DNA from: Deltaproteobacteria bacterium
GTDB lineage: Bacteria > Myxococcota > Kuafuiibacteriia > Kuafuiibacteriales > Kuafuiibacteriaceae
Direction of reading: 5' to 3'
DNA length: 64,000 bases
Assembly: GCA_040218735.1 (NCBI GenBank)
Contig: JAVJQW010000041.1
Location: forward strand, 32,001-96,000
The notes beneath the pieces are model-generated. The model was given only the letters and a program-made list of their open reading frames with translations, made no database searches and was not told the DNA's origin. Positions within the stretch are counted from its first letter, which is position 1. Every line of letters starts with the position of its first letter. Shown here one piece after another: positions 45,244 through 54,447 of the stretch. Position numbers and translations under genes: made by a program.

Positions 45244-46142
45244 ACGCGATCGAGGTCCAGGGCCTGACCCGCCGCTTCGGTGACTTCACCGCGGTCGACG
45301 CGGTGTCGTTCGAAGTGAAGCAGCGCGAGATCTTCGGCTACCTCGGCGCGAACGGCGCCGGGAAATCGACGACGATCCGCATGCTCTGTGGCCTCCTCAT
45401 GCCCACGGACGGCGTTGCGCGCGTCGCGGGGATCGACGTGCTCGCGGACCCGGAAGGCGTGAAGCGCAGCATCGGCTACATGTCCCAGCGCTTCTCGCTC
45501 TACATGGACCTGCACGTGCGCGAGAACCTCGAGTTCTTCGGGGGCGCCTACGGCGTTCCATTCAAACGACTCAACGAACGCATCGAGCTGTGCCTGGAGC
45601 GCGTTGGCCTCGCGGACGAAGCCGACACCATGACCGGCGCGCTCCCCGGCGGCACCCGGCAGCGTGTCGCGCTCGCCTCCGCGCTCCTCCACGAACCGAA
45701 GATCCTCTTCCTCGACGAACCCACCGCGGGCGTCGATCCGGAGTCCCGCCGCCGCTTCTGGCGGCTCATCCGTGACCTTGCCGCGACCGGCACCACGATC
45801 TTCGTGACGACGCACTACATGGACGAAGCCGAGTACTGCGATCGCATCGGCCTCATGGTCGACGGCAAGCTCGTCGCGCTCGACACCCCCGCCGGCCTCA
45901 AAGCCGAGTACGTCCCGGGTGCGCTCGTGCGCTTCGACGGTCCCGACGTCCGCCGCTCCATTCGCACCTGGGCCGCACAGGACGGCGTCATCGAAGCGCA
46001 CCCCTTCGGCGCCGGGGTCCACATTCGCTACGACCCGAACCTCACGAACCCGGACCGCCTCCAGGCCGTCGTCGGCGGAGCCCTCACGAGGAAGGCCGTC
46101 GACGCCACGCTGGAGGACGTCTTCCTGGCGGTGGCGGGATGA
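45240..46142 (+). CDS. ABC transporter ATP-binding protein
   Basis: GANGAGKST, LFLDEPT and TTHYMDEAEYCDR. Confidence 0.92.
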   Translation: MNAIEVQGLTRRFGDFTAVDAVSFEVKQREIFGYLGANGAGKSTTIRMLCGLLMPTDGVARVAGIDVLADPEGVKRSIGYMSQRFSLYMDLHVRENLEFFGGAYGVPFKRLNERIELCLERVGLADEADTMTGALPGGTRQRVALASALLHEPKILFLDEPTAGVDPESRRRFWRLIRDLAATGTTIFVTTHYMDEAEYCDRIGLMVDGKLVALDTPAGLKAEYVPGALVRFDGPDVRRSIRTWAAQDGVIEAHPFGAGVHIRYDPNLTNPDRLQAVVGGALTRKAVDATLEDVFLAVAG

Positions 46143-47251
46143 AGCGATTCCTCATCCGGCTCGGAGCGCTCGCGCAGAAGGAGACGCTCCACATGTTGCG
46201 CGACCCGCAGGTCGTGTACCTCGCGCTCGGCCTCCCGCTGGTGCTCGTGCTGTTGTTCGGGTACGCGGTGAGCTTCGACGTCGAGGACGTGCATATCGCC
46301 GTCGTCGATCGCGATCGCACCGCCGCCTCGCGCGCGTTCATCCAGCGCCTCGACGTGTCGGACGCGTTCGACGTCGTCATGCAGCTCGAGACCGAGGCGG
46401 AGATCGAGCCGCTGCTGCGGCGCGACGCGATGAAGGCGGCCTTGATCGTCCCGCGCGGGTTCGCGGCGTCGTCGATGCGTGGTGACGCCACGAAGCTCCA
46501 GCTCGTCATGGACGGCGCCGACGGGACGACGGCCCGCATCGCGCTCGCGTACGCGGCGGCCGCCGGGCAGGCGGAGATGCAGCGGCTCGTCGGGGAGATC
46601 GACCCGCCGATCGAAGCGCGCGTCCGCACCTGGTTCAACCCGCGTATGGAGTCGGCGTGGTTCGTGGTCCCCGGCCTCGTGGCGGTGATCCTCGCGGTGC
46701 TCGCGGTCCTCCTCTCCGCGCTCACCGTCGCGCGCGAGTGGGAGCGCGGCTCGATGGAGCAGCTCTTCGCGACGCCGGTGGATCGCATGAGCGTCGTCCT
46801 CGGGAAGATGCTCCCGTACGTCGCGCTCGGCATCGTGCAGTTCGTCCTGGTGCTCGCGTTGGGGACGTTGCTGTTCGGCGTCCCTCTGCAAGGCAACTTC
46901 CTCATCCTGCTGATCGCGGTCGTCTTGTTCCTGGTGTGTGTGCTCGGGCAGGGGCTCTTCATCAGCATGGTGACCAAGAGCCAGCAGGTCGCGACGCAGA
47001 TCGGCGCGGTGAGCGCGATCCTCCCGTCGCTGCTGCTGAGCGGGTTCCTCTTCCCCATCGAGAACATGCCGGCGCCGCTCCAGGTCGTCGCGAGGATCGT
47101 CCCCGCGCGTTACCTCATCGCGATCATGCGCGGCGTGCTGCTGCAGGACCGCGGCTTCGCGCAGCTGTGGCCGGCGCTCCTCAGCCTGGTCGCGATCGGT
47201 GTCGTGATCATCGGCGTGACGACGATGAAATTCGAAAGGCGGTTGGACTGA
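46139..47251 (+). CDS. ABC-2 type permease (YbhS-like)
   Basis: KE..HMLRD, WFNP, VPGL, REWERGSMEQL and LLSGFLFPIENMP. Confidence 0.9.
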   Translation: MKRFLIRLGALAQKETLHMLRDPQVVYLALGLPLVLVLLFGYAVSFDVEDVHIAVVDRDRTAASRAFIQRLDVSDAFDVVMQLETEAEIEPLLRRDAMKAALIVPRGFAASSMRGDATKLQLVMDGADGTTARIALAYAAAAGQAEMQRLVGEIDPPIEARVRTWFNPRMESAWFVVPGLVAVILAVLAVLLSALTVAREWERGSMEQLFATPVDRMSVVLGKMLPYVALGIVQFVLVLALGTLLFGVPLQGNFLILLIAVVLFLVCVLGQGLFISMVTKSQQVATQIGAVSAILPSLLLSGFLFPIENMPAPLQVVARIVPARYLIAIMRGVLLQDRGFAQLWPALLSLVAIGVVIIGVTTMKFERRLD

Positions 47252-48381
47252 TGTGGAACGCGTTGCGAAGTGTGATGCGCAAAGAGCTTAGGCAGACGTT
47301 CCGCGACAAGCGGATGTTCGCCGTGCTGTTCATCGCGCCCGTCCTCCAACTGACGTTGCTCGGCTTCGCGGTCGACCTCGACGTGGATCGCGTCCCCGCC
47401 GCAATCGTCGACGACGATCGGTCCGACGCGAGCCGTGACTTCGTCAGCGCGTTGTTCGCCGACGGGACGCTCGTGCCCGCGCCTGAGACCGACGGTCCGG
47501 GGCACCCCTTGGAAGAGGGGACGGCGAGCGTCGTCGTCGTGCTCCCGCGCGGCTTCGCGGACGACCTCGCGCACGGCCGCACCGTCGACGTTCAAGCGCT
47601 CGTCGACGGCACGGATCCCATCCGGGCGCAGGCTGCAATCGCGCACGTCACGCAGCTCGCGCAGCAGCGTGGCATCACCGCGATCCGCACACGGATGGAG
47701 GCGGCGGCGGGGCTGCGCGGTGCGGCGCCGACGCTGCCGACGATCACGATCGAGCCCCGCGTGCTCTACAACCCGTCGCTCGAGAGCCCGGTGTACATGG
47801 TGCCGGGCGTCGCGGCGATGGTGCTGCTGATCGTCACGACGGTGATCACCGCGATGAGCATCGCGCGCGAAAAGGAGCTCGGCACGATCGAGCAGCTGCT
47901 CGTGACGCCGATGCGTCCGCTCGTCCTGCTCCTCGGCAAGGTGCTCCCCTTCGGCGCGATCGGTCTCGTGGCGGCGGGGGTGGTGATCTCGGTCGGAACC
48001 CACGTCTTCGACGTCCCCGTGCGCGGCTCGCTCCTCGCGCTCGGCCTCGGAACGGTGCTCTACCTGATGAGCACGCTGGGGACGGGGGTGTTCATCAGTA
48101 CGATGGCGAAGAATCAGCAGCAGGCGATCCTCGGCGGGTTCTTCTTCATCATGCCGGCCATCCTGCTGTCCGGATTCATGAGCCCCGTGGAGAACATGCC
48201 GGATTGGATCCAAGCGATCTCCTCCGTGAACCCGGTGCGCTACTACGTTCAGATCCTGCGGGCGGTGTTGCTCAAGGGCGCGACGATCGCGGACCTGTGG
48301 TTCCCGATGATCGCGTTGGGACTTTTTGGCGCAAGTATCCTCGGGCTGAGCGCGAACCGGTTCCGTAAGCGCCTCGCTTGA
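47251..48381 (+). CDS. ABC-2 type permease (YbhR-like)
   Basis: KELRQTFRD, LYNP, REKELGTIEQLLVTP and LLSGFMSPVENMP. Confidence 0.9.
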   Translation: MWNALRSVMRKELRQTFRDKRMFAVLFIAPVLQLTLLGFAVDLDVDRVPAAIVDDDRSDASRDFVSALFADGTLVPAPETDGPGHPLEEGTASVVVVLPRGFADDLAHGRTVDVQALVDGTDPIRAQAAIAHVTQLAQQRGITAIRTRMEAAAGLRGAAPTLPTITIEPRVLYNPSLESPVYMVPGVAAMVLLIVTTVITAMSIAREKELGTIEQLLVTPMRPLVLLLGKVLPFGAIGLVAAGVVISVGTHVFDVPVRGSLLALGLGTVLYLMSTLGTGVFISTMAKNQQQAILGGFFFIMPAILLSGFMSPVENMPDWIQAISSVNPVRYYVQILRAVLLKGATIADLWFPMIALGLFGASILGLSANRFRKRLA

Positions 48382-48460
48382 TGTCACGTCGACTGCGGGA
48401 ATTCGGTTTGCGTCGTCGTCAGCTTCGGTGCGCGCGTCGCCGCGGACTACGCTCGTCGCG

Positions 48461-49945
48461 ATGCGACGACTCCCTTCGATCGTCTTGTTCGGTCTCGCCC
48501 TCGCGCTCGGCGCCTGCTCCGACGAGCCCGGCGGCGGCGGTGACGACGACATCGACGGCCGCGACGGCGGCATGTCCGTCAACGGTGGCGACGACGGCGG
48601 TAGCGACGGCGACGGCGGCACCGGCGGCGACGGCGACGGCGGTGGCGGTGTTGGCGACGGCGGTCGGGACGGCGGCGACCCGCTGACGCAGACGCGCTCC
48701 GAGTTCTGCAGCGGCTCCGGGAGCGTCGTGATCGTCGGCGGCGGCGGCGAGTGTGCGGGCGAGATCGCGGAGGACACGTTCCGCTTCGCGCTCTGCACCT
48801 GTGAGGGCACGTCCGTCGGATCGCAGCTGTCGCTCGACGCGTTCGACTCCACCGTCGGCCCCTACGGCGGCGCGAACATCCTCGACGACGGGAGCCTGGG
48901 CTCGAACGGCGCGCTCGACATCGACGGCAAACTCACGGCGCGCGGCTCTGCGTTCATCCACGGCGGCGGGTTCAGCGTGGGCCCCGAGGGCGAGGTCCTC
49001 GGCACCGTCTACGCGAACGGCGACGCGGTTCAGTCCAACTCCTCGACCGACATCGGTCGCAACGCGTTCTTCAACGGCAACGTCTCGGGGCGCTTCAACA
49101 TCGAGGGCACACTGAAGGTGCCTGCGAATGCCACGGTCGGTCCGCAGGTCCGCGCGACCGGCGGCATCATCCGCGGCCCCGTGCAGACCGCAGCGCCGTG
49201 CCCGTGTGGGGCCGACGAAATCCTCGACATCGGCGCGCTCACCTCGTGGGCTTCGGATCCCGCGAACAACGACAACGACGAGGCGCCGCGAGTGCTCACC
49301 TCCACGACGTGGGAGGGCGGCCAAGGTCCGACGTCGATGACGCTGCCGTGCGGCCGCTACTACGTCACGTCGATCGATGCACCGAACCTCACGCTCCGCG
49401 TCGAAGGGCGCGTCGTGTTGTTCGTGGACGGCGACATGTTGATCGACGGTCCGCTCACGATCGACATCGCGTCCGAGGATGCGGAGATCGATCTGTTCAT
49501 CCGCGGCAACCTCGCGGTGCGCGCCGCGGCGCGCTTCGGCTCGGCCGACGCTCCGGCGCGAACGCGTACGTACGTGGGCGGGAGCGACACGATCGATCTC
49601 TCCGCCTCCGCCCGGTTCGGCGGTAACCTCTACGCACCGCGGGCGCTCGTTCGCTTCGGCGCCTCCGCCGAGCTCTACGGCGCGCTGTTCGCGCGCTCCG
49701 TGGAGTTCGGCGCCTCGGCGACCGTCCACTTCGACACCGCGATCCGCTCCGAAGGTGACGACTGCGACGAAGAGGAGATGGACGGCGGCGTCCGCGACGC
49801 AGGCCCGCGCCCCGACGCCGGGCCGATGCCCGACGCCGGCGTTCGCGACGGCGGCCCGCGTGACGCGGGGCCGGAGTGCACCGAGGACATCGACTGCCCG
49901 GCGCCGGAGCTGTGCATCGAAGGGAACTGCGAGATCCCGTTCTGA
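48461..49945 (+). CDS. Lipoprotein with D/G-rich linkers and a probable beta-solenoid domain
   Basis: Lipobox LGAC. Repetitive short strands (GNLYAPRALVRFGASAELYGALFARSVEFG). C-terminal CxxDxDC Cys module. Confidence 0.65.
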   Translation: MRRLPSIVLFGLALALGACSDEPGGGGDDDIDGRDGGMSVNGGDDGGSDGDGGTGGDGDGGGGVGDGGRDGGDPLTQTRSEFCSGSGSVVIVGGGGECAGEIAEDTFRFALCTCEGTSVGSQLSLDAFDSTVGPYGGANILDDGSLGSNGALDIDGKLTARGSAFIHGGGFSVGPEGEVLGTVYANGDAVQSNSSTDIGRNAFFNGNVSGRFNIEGTLKVPANATVGPQVRATGGIIRGPVQTAAPCPCGADEILDIGALTSWASDPANNDNDEAPRVLTSTTWEGGQGPTSMTLPCGRYYVTSIDAPNLTLRVEGRVVLFVDGDMLIDGPLTIDIASEDAEIDLFIRGNLAVRAAARFGSADAPARTRTYVGGSDTIDLSASARFGGNLYAPRALVRFGASAELYGALFARSVEFGASATVHFDTAIRSEGDDCDEEEMDGGVRDAGPRPDAGPMPDAGVRDGGPRDAGPECTEDIDCPAPELCIEGNCEIPF

Positions 49946-49979
49946 CGCGCCGGAGTCGAGTGCGCTATCTTCGAACGAC

Positions 49980-50384
49980 GTGAGCGACCGACAGGCCGAA
50001 GTCCTCGCCGCGAACTCGGCGTTCTACGCCGCGTTCTCGGCGGGGGATGTGAATCGCATGGACACAATCTGGGCGGAGGACGCGCTCGTCACCTGCACAC
50101 ACCCGGGCTGGGACGTGTTGGTCGGGCGCGTCCACGTGATGGCCAGCTGGATGGGGATCCTGAGCGGGCAGGTCACGCCGGCGAAGGTGGAGTGCCACGA
50201 CGCGCAGGTTCAGATCGCCGGGGACCTCGCGGTCGTGACTTGTGTCGAGCACATCGCCGACGCGCGGATCGCGGCGACGAACGTGTTCGTCCGCGAGGAC
50301 GACCGCTGGCGAATGACCCATCACCACGGCGGACAGATCGTCCAGACCGTGACGTTCACCCCCTCGCCCGATCAACTCAACTGA
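49980..50384 (+). CDS. SnoaL/NTF2-like protein
   Basis: VLAANSAFYAAF, CTHPGW, ATNVF and WRMTHHH. Confidence 0.85.
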   Translation: MSDRQAEVLAANSAFYAAFSAGDVNRMDTIWAEDALVTCTHPGWDVLVGRVHVMASWMGILSGQVTPAKVECHDAQVQIAGDLAVVTCVEHIADARIAATNVFVREDDRWRMTHHHGGQIVQTVTFTPSPDQLN

Positions 50385-51795
50385 AGGCGAGCGCGACGTC
50401 GCCGGTCCCGCGCGTGAAGCGGCTGACGACGATCGCGGTGATCGTGCCCGCGACGAGCGCCCAGAACACCGGCAGGAACCCGAACGTCGGCAGCACCTTC
50501 GCGACGCCGAGCAGCAGCACCACGTTGCCCACGACGATCGACGCGATCGCGCCTTCGCGGGTGCACGCCTTCCAGCGCACGCCGAGGAAGAGCACGGGCG
50601 CGAGGGTCACGTAACCGGAGAACGCGAAGCTCGCGATCTCGAAGACCGACGATCCCCACGTCACCGACAGGACGAACACCACCACGGAGACCGCGAGCCC
50701 GAACCAACGCCCCGCGCGCACGGCGTCCTTCGGCGCCTTCAGCACGTCGCGCACGAGCATCGAGGAGAGCACGAGGATCTGCGCGTCGAGCGTCGACATC
50801 ACGGCGGCGAGCACCGCGACGAACCCGAGCGATCCGAACGCGGCGGGCAGGTGGTTCGCGGACATCAGCGAGAAGATTCGATCGGAGGCGCGCCCCTCGA
50901 GCCCGGGGAACGCGGCGGCGCCCCACACGCCGAGCATCACGGCCGGGACCCACAGCAGCAGCAGCGCGATCGGATAGAAGCGCGAGACGGTGCGGAGCGC
51001 GTCCTCGCTCTTGCCGGCCATCAACCGCACGAGCATGTGCGGGAAGCCGATCACCGTGAGCGTGATGGCGAAGCTCCATGACGTCCACCCGCCCGGTGTG
51101 TAGAGCGGTCCGTCCTTGATCTGCAGGAGGCTCGGGTCGTGGTTCTGCACCGCGACCGTCGCGGCTTCGAAGCCACCGAGCGAGCGTGCGATCAACACGA
51201 AGCCCACGACCATGAAGACGAGGAACAGCGTCCCCTGGAAGACGTTGGTCCACGCGGTCGCGCGCATCCCGCCGACCGTCGTGTAGAGCAGCGCGACCGA
51301 CATGACCGCGAGGCCGCCGACCCACTGGGGCACGGCGCCGTCGGTGACGCCCGTCAGCGTGACGGCGGCGCCCTTCACGGCGGTGACCATGTACGGGATC
51401 GTGTAGAGCGCGTAGACCGCGAACAGGAGCAAGCCGAGCGCGCGGCTGTCGAAGCGTTTGCGGTAGAGCTCGGCAGGAGTGAGCGCGCCGAGCCGGATCC
51501 CCATGCGTCGCGCGGGGGAGCCGATAAGCCAGAAACACAGTGGGATGCCGAGCGCGATGATCGGTGCGTTCACGCCGAAGACCGCGACGCCGTCGTGGTA
51601 GGCGCGCCCGGGGATGCCGACGAGGACGAACGCGGTGCAGTTGGTCCCGAACAACGCCATGAACAAGACGACGCTGCCGAGCCCGCGGCCCGCGAGGAAG
51701 TAGTCCTCGGGGGAGGCGTCGCTCTTTCGGTTCGACGCGATCCCGATGCCGATCACCAGCAGCACGTAGAGCGCGAGCGCGACGCCGATGATCAC
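50377..51795 (-). CDS. Sodium:solute symporter family protein
   Basis: DYFLAGR, YTTVGGMRATAWTNVFQ and LAAVMSTLD. About 13 TM helices. Confidence 0.9.
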   Translation of the reverse strand: MIIGVALALYVLLVIGIGIASNRKSDASPEDYFLAGRGLGSVVLFMALFGTNCTAFVLVGIPGRAYHDGVAVFGVNAPIIALGIPLCFWLIGSPARRMGIRLGALTPAELYRKRFDSRALGLLLFAVYALYTIPYMVTAVKGAAVTLTGVTDGAVPQWVGGLAVMSVALLYTTVGGMRATAWTNVFQGTLFLVFMVVGFVLIARSLGGFEAATVAVQNHDPSLLQIKDGPLYTPGGWTSWSFAITLTVIGFPHMLVRLMAGKSEDALRTVSRFYPIALLLLWVPAVMLGVWGAAAFPGLEGRASDRIFSLMSANHLPAAFGSLGFVAVLAAVMSTLDAQILVLSSMLVRDVLKAPKDAVRAGRWFGLAVSVVVFVLSVTWGSSVFEIASFAFSGYVTLAPVLFLGVRWKACTREGAIASIVVGNVVLLLGVAKVLPTFGFLPVFWALVAGTITAIVVSRFTRGTGDVALAFS

Positions 51796-51995
51796 GGGTC
51801 ACCTCGCCAGATGCGCGCCGTGAAGAACCACAGGTAGACGACCGCGCCGACCATCCAGACGACGCGGTACATCAGCTCCTCCGGCACGAAGCCGAACACC
51901 AGCGCGGGGCGTGCGCTGCGCCAGAAGTCGAGGTGCAGGAGGAGGAGGACGATCGCGCCGGCCCACGCGAGTGTGAGCTCGACGCGCCGATTCAC
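51792..51995 (-). CDS. Small membrane protein accompanying the SSS transporter (DUF3311-like)
   Basis: LHLDFW...FGFVP, two TM segments, GTGA overlaps on both sides. Confidence 0.7.
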   Translation of the reverse strand: MNRRVELTLAWAGAIVLLLLHLDFWRSARPALVFGFVPEELMYRVVWMVGAVVYLWFFTARIWRGDP

Positions 51996-52831
51996 AGCGC
52001 GCCTTCGAGGAACGCGGCGACGTCCGTCATCGACTGCGCGACCTCGTCGAACATCCGCGTGCCGTGCGCGCCGTTTGTGTACTCGTCGAACCGCCAGCCT
52101 GCGGCTTTGTTCGGCTCGTAGCCGACGCTCCAGCCGCGCTCGGCGGTGGAGTAGACGAACTGGATCGGGAGCGGGTCGAAGGCGGCGCGTGTGTTCGCGA
52201 TGCGGTTCTGCGCTTCGGTGTACGCGCCGCCGGTGAGGAACACGAGCGCCTTGGGGCTCGTCCACCCGTCGGTGCTGTCGGCGTGGACGGTGTAGTCGAC
52301 GGCGGACGTCGTGCCGTTGGACGCGCCGACGATCGCGAGCCGCGCGAGGTCGAAGCCGCAGTCGTGCGCGGCGAGGAAGTCCACGGCGCCCTTCGGGTCG
52401 AGCTTGCCGTCGGGGCCTTGGAAGGCGTCGCGTGCGGTGCCGGTGCTGCCGCCCGCGCCGCGTCGGTCGACGTTGAGCACGTTGATGCCGCGCTGGGTGA
52501 GCTCGGTGATGAAGGCGGCCGGGTAGTTCGAACGGTCGTTGCCCGGCGGGATCATGTGCAGGAGCACGGCGACGGGGGCGTTGGTCTGGCCCGTGGTGTA
52601 GAGGTCGGCTTCGAGGGTCTCGCCGTCTTCGGTGTCGAAGGTGACGACGACGGGGCCGGCGGCGTCACATGGGATGGCGGGGCCTCCGTCGCGCGCTTCG
52701 CCCGCGTCGCGTTCGGCGGCGCCGGCGTCGCGTTCCATCGCGCCGCCGTCGGCGGGGTTCGGGTCGGGATCGGCCGTGTGGGACGAGCAGGCCGCGACAA
52801 TCGTGAAGGTGAGGATGATCGGTCTCTTCAT
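51992..52831 (-). CDS. Alpha/beta hydrolase lipoprotein
   Basis: Lipobox AAC, nucleophile elbow GASNG, and catalytic His in AHGT. Confidence 0.8.
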   Translation of the reverse strand: MKRPIILTFTIVAACSSHTADPDPNPADGGAMERDAGAAERDAGEARDGGPAIPCDAAGPVVVTFDTEDGETLEADLYTTGQTNAPVAVLLHMIPPGNDRSNYPAAFITELTQRGINVLNVDRRGAGGSTGTARDAFQGPDGKLDPKGAVDFLAAHDCGFDLARLAIVGASNGTTSAVDYTVHADSTDGWTSPKALVFLTGGAYTEAQNRIANTRAAFDPLPIQFVYSTAERGWSVGYEPNKAAGWRFDEYTNGAHGTRMFDEVAQSMTDVAAFLEGAL

Positions 52832-52943
52832 GGTTCCTCCGCCGCCGCCCGACCCCGAGATCGCGGTTCGACGGGGGTCGCGTCAAGCGGGGAGGTGACA
52901 CCGGTGTGTGTAGTCTTTCGCTGGGTCCGGTATTCTGCGGATG

Positions 52944-53771
52944 ATGCGGACGTGGGTGTTGGTGTTGGGGCTCGTCCAGGTCGGGTGTACGGCGGAGACC
53001 GGGCTGCTCTTCGGCGCCGGGGGCGACGCCGGGACCTCGCCGGACGCCGGTTTCTCGACCGACGCGGGGGTCCGCGACGGTGGACGCGACGGGGGCGTCG
53101 ACCCGCTCGCCGTGCTCGCTGGGTTCGAGTGTGTGGCGACGCGCCGGGGCGGCGAGACGGTATTGGCGCGCATCGATCCGCTCACCGCTCAAATGGTGCC
53201 GACGGGGATCTCCATACCGCCCACGAGCTTCACGAGTTTGGCTTGGGAGGGTGACCTCGTCGTCGGGTGCACCGAGTCTTCGTCGGACGGCCACGACGCG
53301 ACGTTGTTCGACCTCGCGTCGGGCGAGGTGTCGGAGGTGGCGTTGGGCGTTCCGTGCACCGCGGTCGCGGGGTCGTCGCGGGGCTGGGTCGTGGTCGGTG
53401 AGCGTCCGACCCAGATCGCCGTGTTCGATGACTTCAACGACGCCGTCCTGGGACGCGCCTCGAGCGAGCGTTCGATGTTCGTCTCGCGGGTGGGCACTTA
53501 CGAGGACGTGGTCGTCGGGTCCTGGCACGCCGCGGACGAGGTCTACGTCACGACCTTCGACGACCTCGACACGACGCTTCTGAAGCTCGACGGTCACGAC
53601 GGTTGGATCATGGGGGTGGCGCCGTTCCCCGGCGGCATCCTCCTCATCGGAGGCCTGAACGAGCAGGAGCTGATCGCCTTCGATGCGCGGACGGGCCGCC
53701 AGATCCATCGAGCGCCGATCGACCGCGGTCCCCTGACCGCCGGGCTCACCTGCCGTCCGCGTTCACGTTGA
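52944..53771 (+). CDS. Hypothetical lipoprotein
   Basis: Signal ending VGC, DAG/DGG linker, beta-rich body. Confidence 0.6.
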   Translation: MRTWVLVLGLVQVGCTAETGLLFGAGGDAGTSPDAGFSTDAGVRDGGRDGGVDPLAVLAGFECVATRRGGETVLARIDPLTAQMVPTGISIPPTSFTSLAWEGDLVVGCTESSSDGHDATLFDLASGEVSEVALGVPCTAVAGSSRGWVVVGERPTQIAVFDDFNDAVLGRASSERSMFVSRVGTYEDVVVGSWHAADEVYVTTFDDLDTTLLKLDGHDGWIMGVAPFPGGILLIGGLNEQELIAFDARTGRQIHRAPIDRGPLTAGLTCRPRSR

Positions 53772-53819
53772 GACGTTCGAGGGGGCGGGGCTGCCCCGCG
53801 CTTGACCCGCCCGAGAGTT

Positions 53820-53837
53820 AGTGAGTAAGTGCTCACT
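53820..53837. promoter_or_regulatory. Putative TetR operator
   Basis: Palindrome AGTGAG-N6-CTCACT just before the TetR ATG. A TTGACC -35-like hexamer lies at 53802. Confidence 0.6.
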
Positions 53838-53838
53838 C

Positions 53839-54447
53839 ATGGCACGGCCGACCCGCATCGATCAGGCGGCGCTCCTGGCCGTCGCTCGGGAGCTGTTCCT
53901 CACCCACGGCTACGACGTGTCGACGGCCGAGATCGCCAAGGCCGCCGGCTGTAGCGAGGGCACGCTCTTCAAGCGCTTCAAGACCAAGGAGGCGCTCTTT
54001 CACGAGGCGATGGGCATCCCGGAGCTCGACTTCGAGGGGTTGCTCGGGGGCGTCGTGGGGCAGGGCGATTTTCAAGATTCGTTAACGAGCGTTTGCCTCG
54101 AAATCGTCGACTACCTCCGGCTGTTGGTTCCGCGCGTGATGCGACTGTGGGCCCACGAGACCACCCAACCTTCGCGGTTCATGCACCGCAAGCGGGGTCC
54201 GAGGGCGGCGCTCGCGGCGTTCACGAGCTACTTCGAAGCGGAGATGGAGCTCGGCCGCATCGCGCCCGTCGAGCCCGAGATCCTCGCGCGCGTCTTCATG
54301 GGGAGCCTGCACAACTATGTCTTTCTCGAGCTCATCGGCGTGTCGACGCGGATGTCCGCCAGTACCTACGTCAAGGAGCTCGTCGCGATGATTCACGACG
54401 GCATCGCGCCTGTTTCGAAAGCGACGAAGTCGAGGTCCGCACGATGA
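53839..54447 (+). CDS. TetR/AcrR family transcriptional regulator
   Basis: ARELFLTHGYDVSTAEIAKAAGCSEGTLFKRFKTKEAL helix-turn-helix. Confidence 0.92.
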   Translation: MARPTRIDQAALLAVARELFLTHGYDVSTAEIAKAAGCSEGTLFKRFKTKEALFHEAMGIPELDFEGLLGGVVGQGDFQDSLTSVCLEIVDYLRLLVPRVMRLWAHETTQPSRFMHRKRGPRAALAAFTSYFEAEMELGRIAPVEPEILARVFMGSLHNYVFLELIGVSTRMSASTYVKELVAMIHDGIAPVSKATKSRSAR

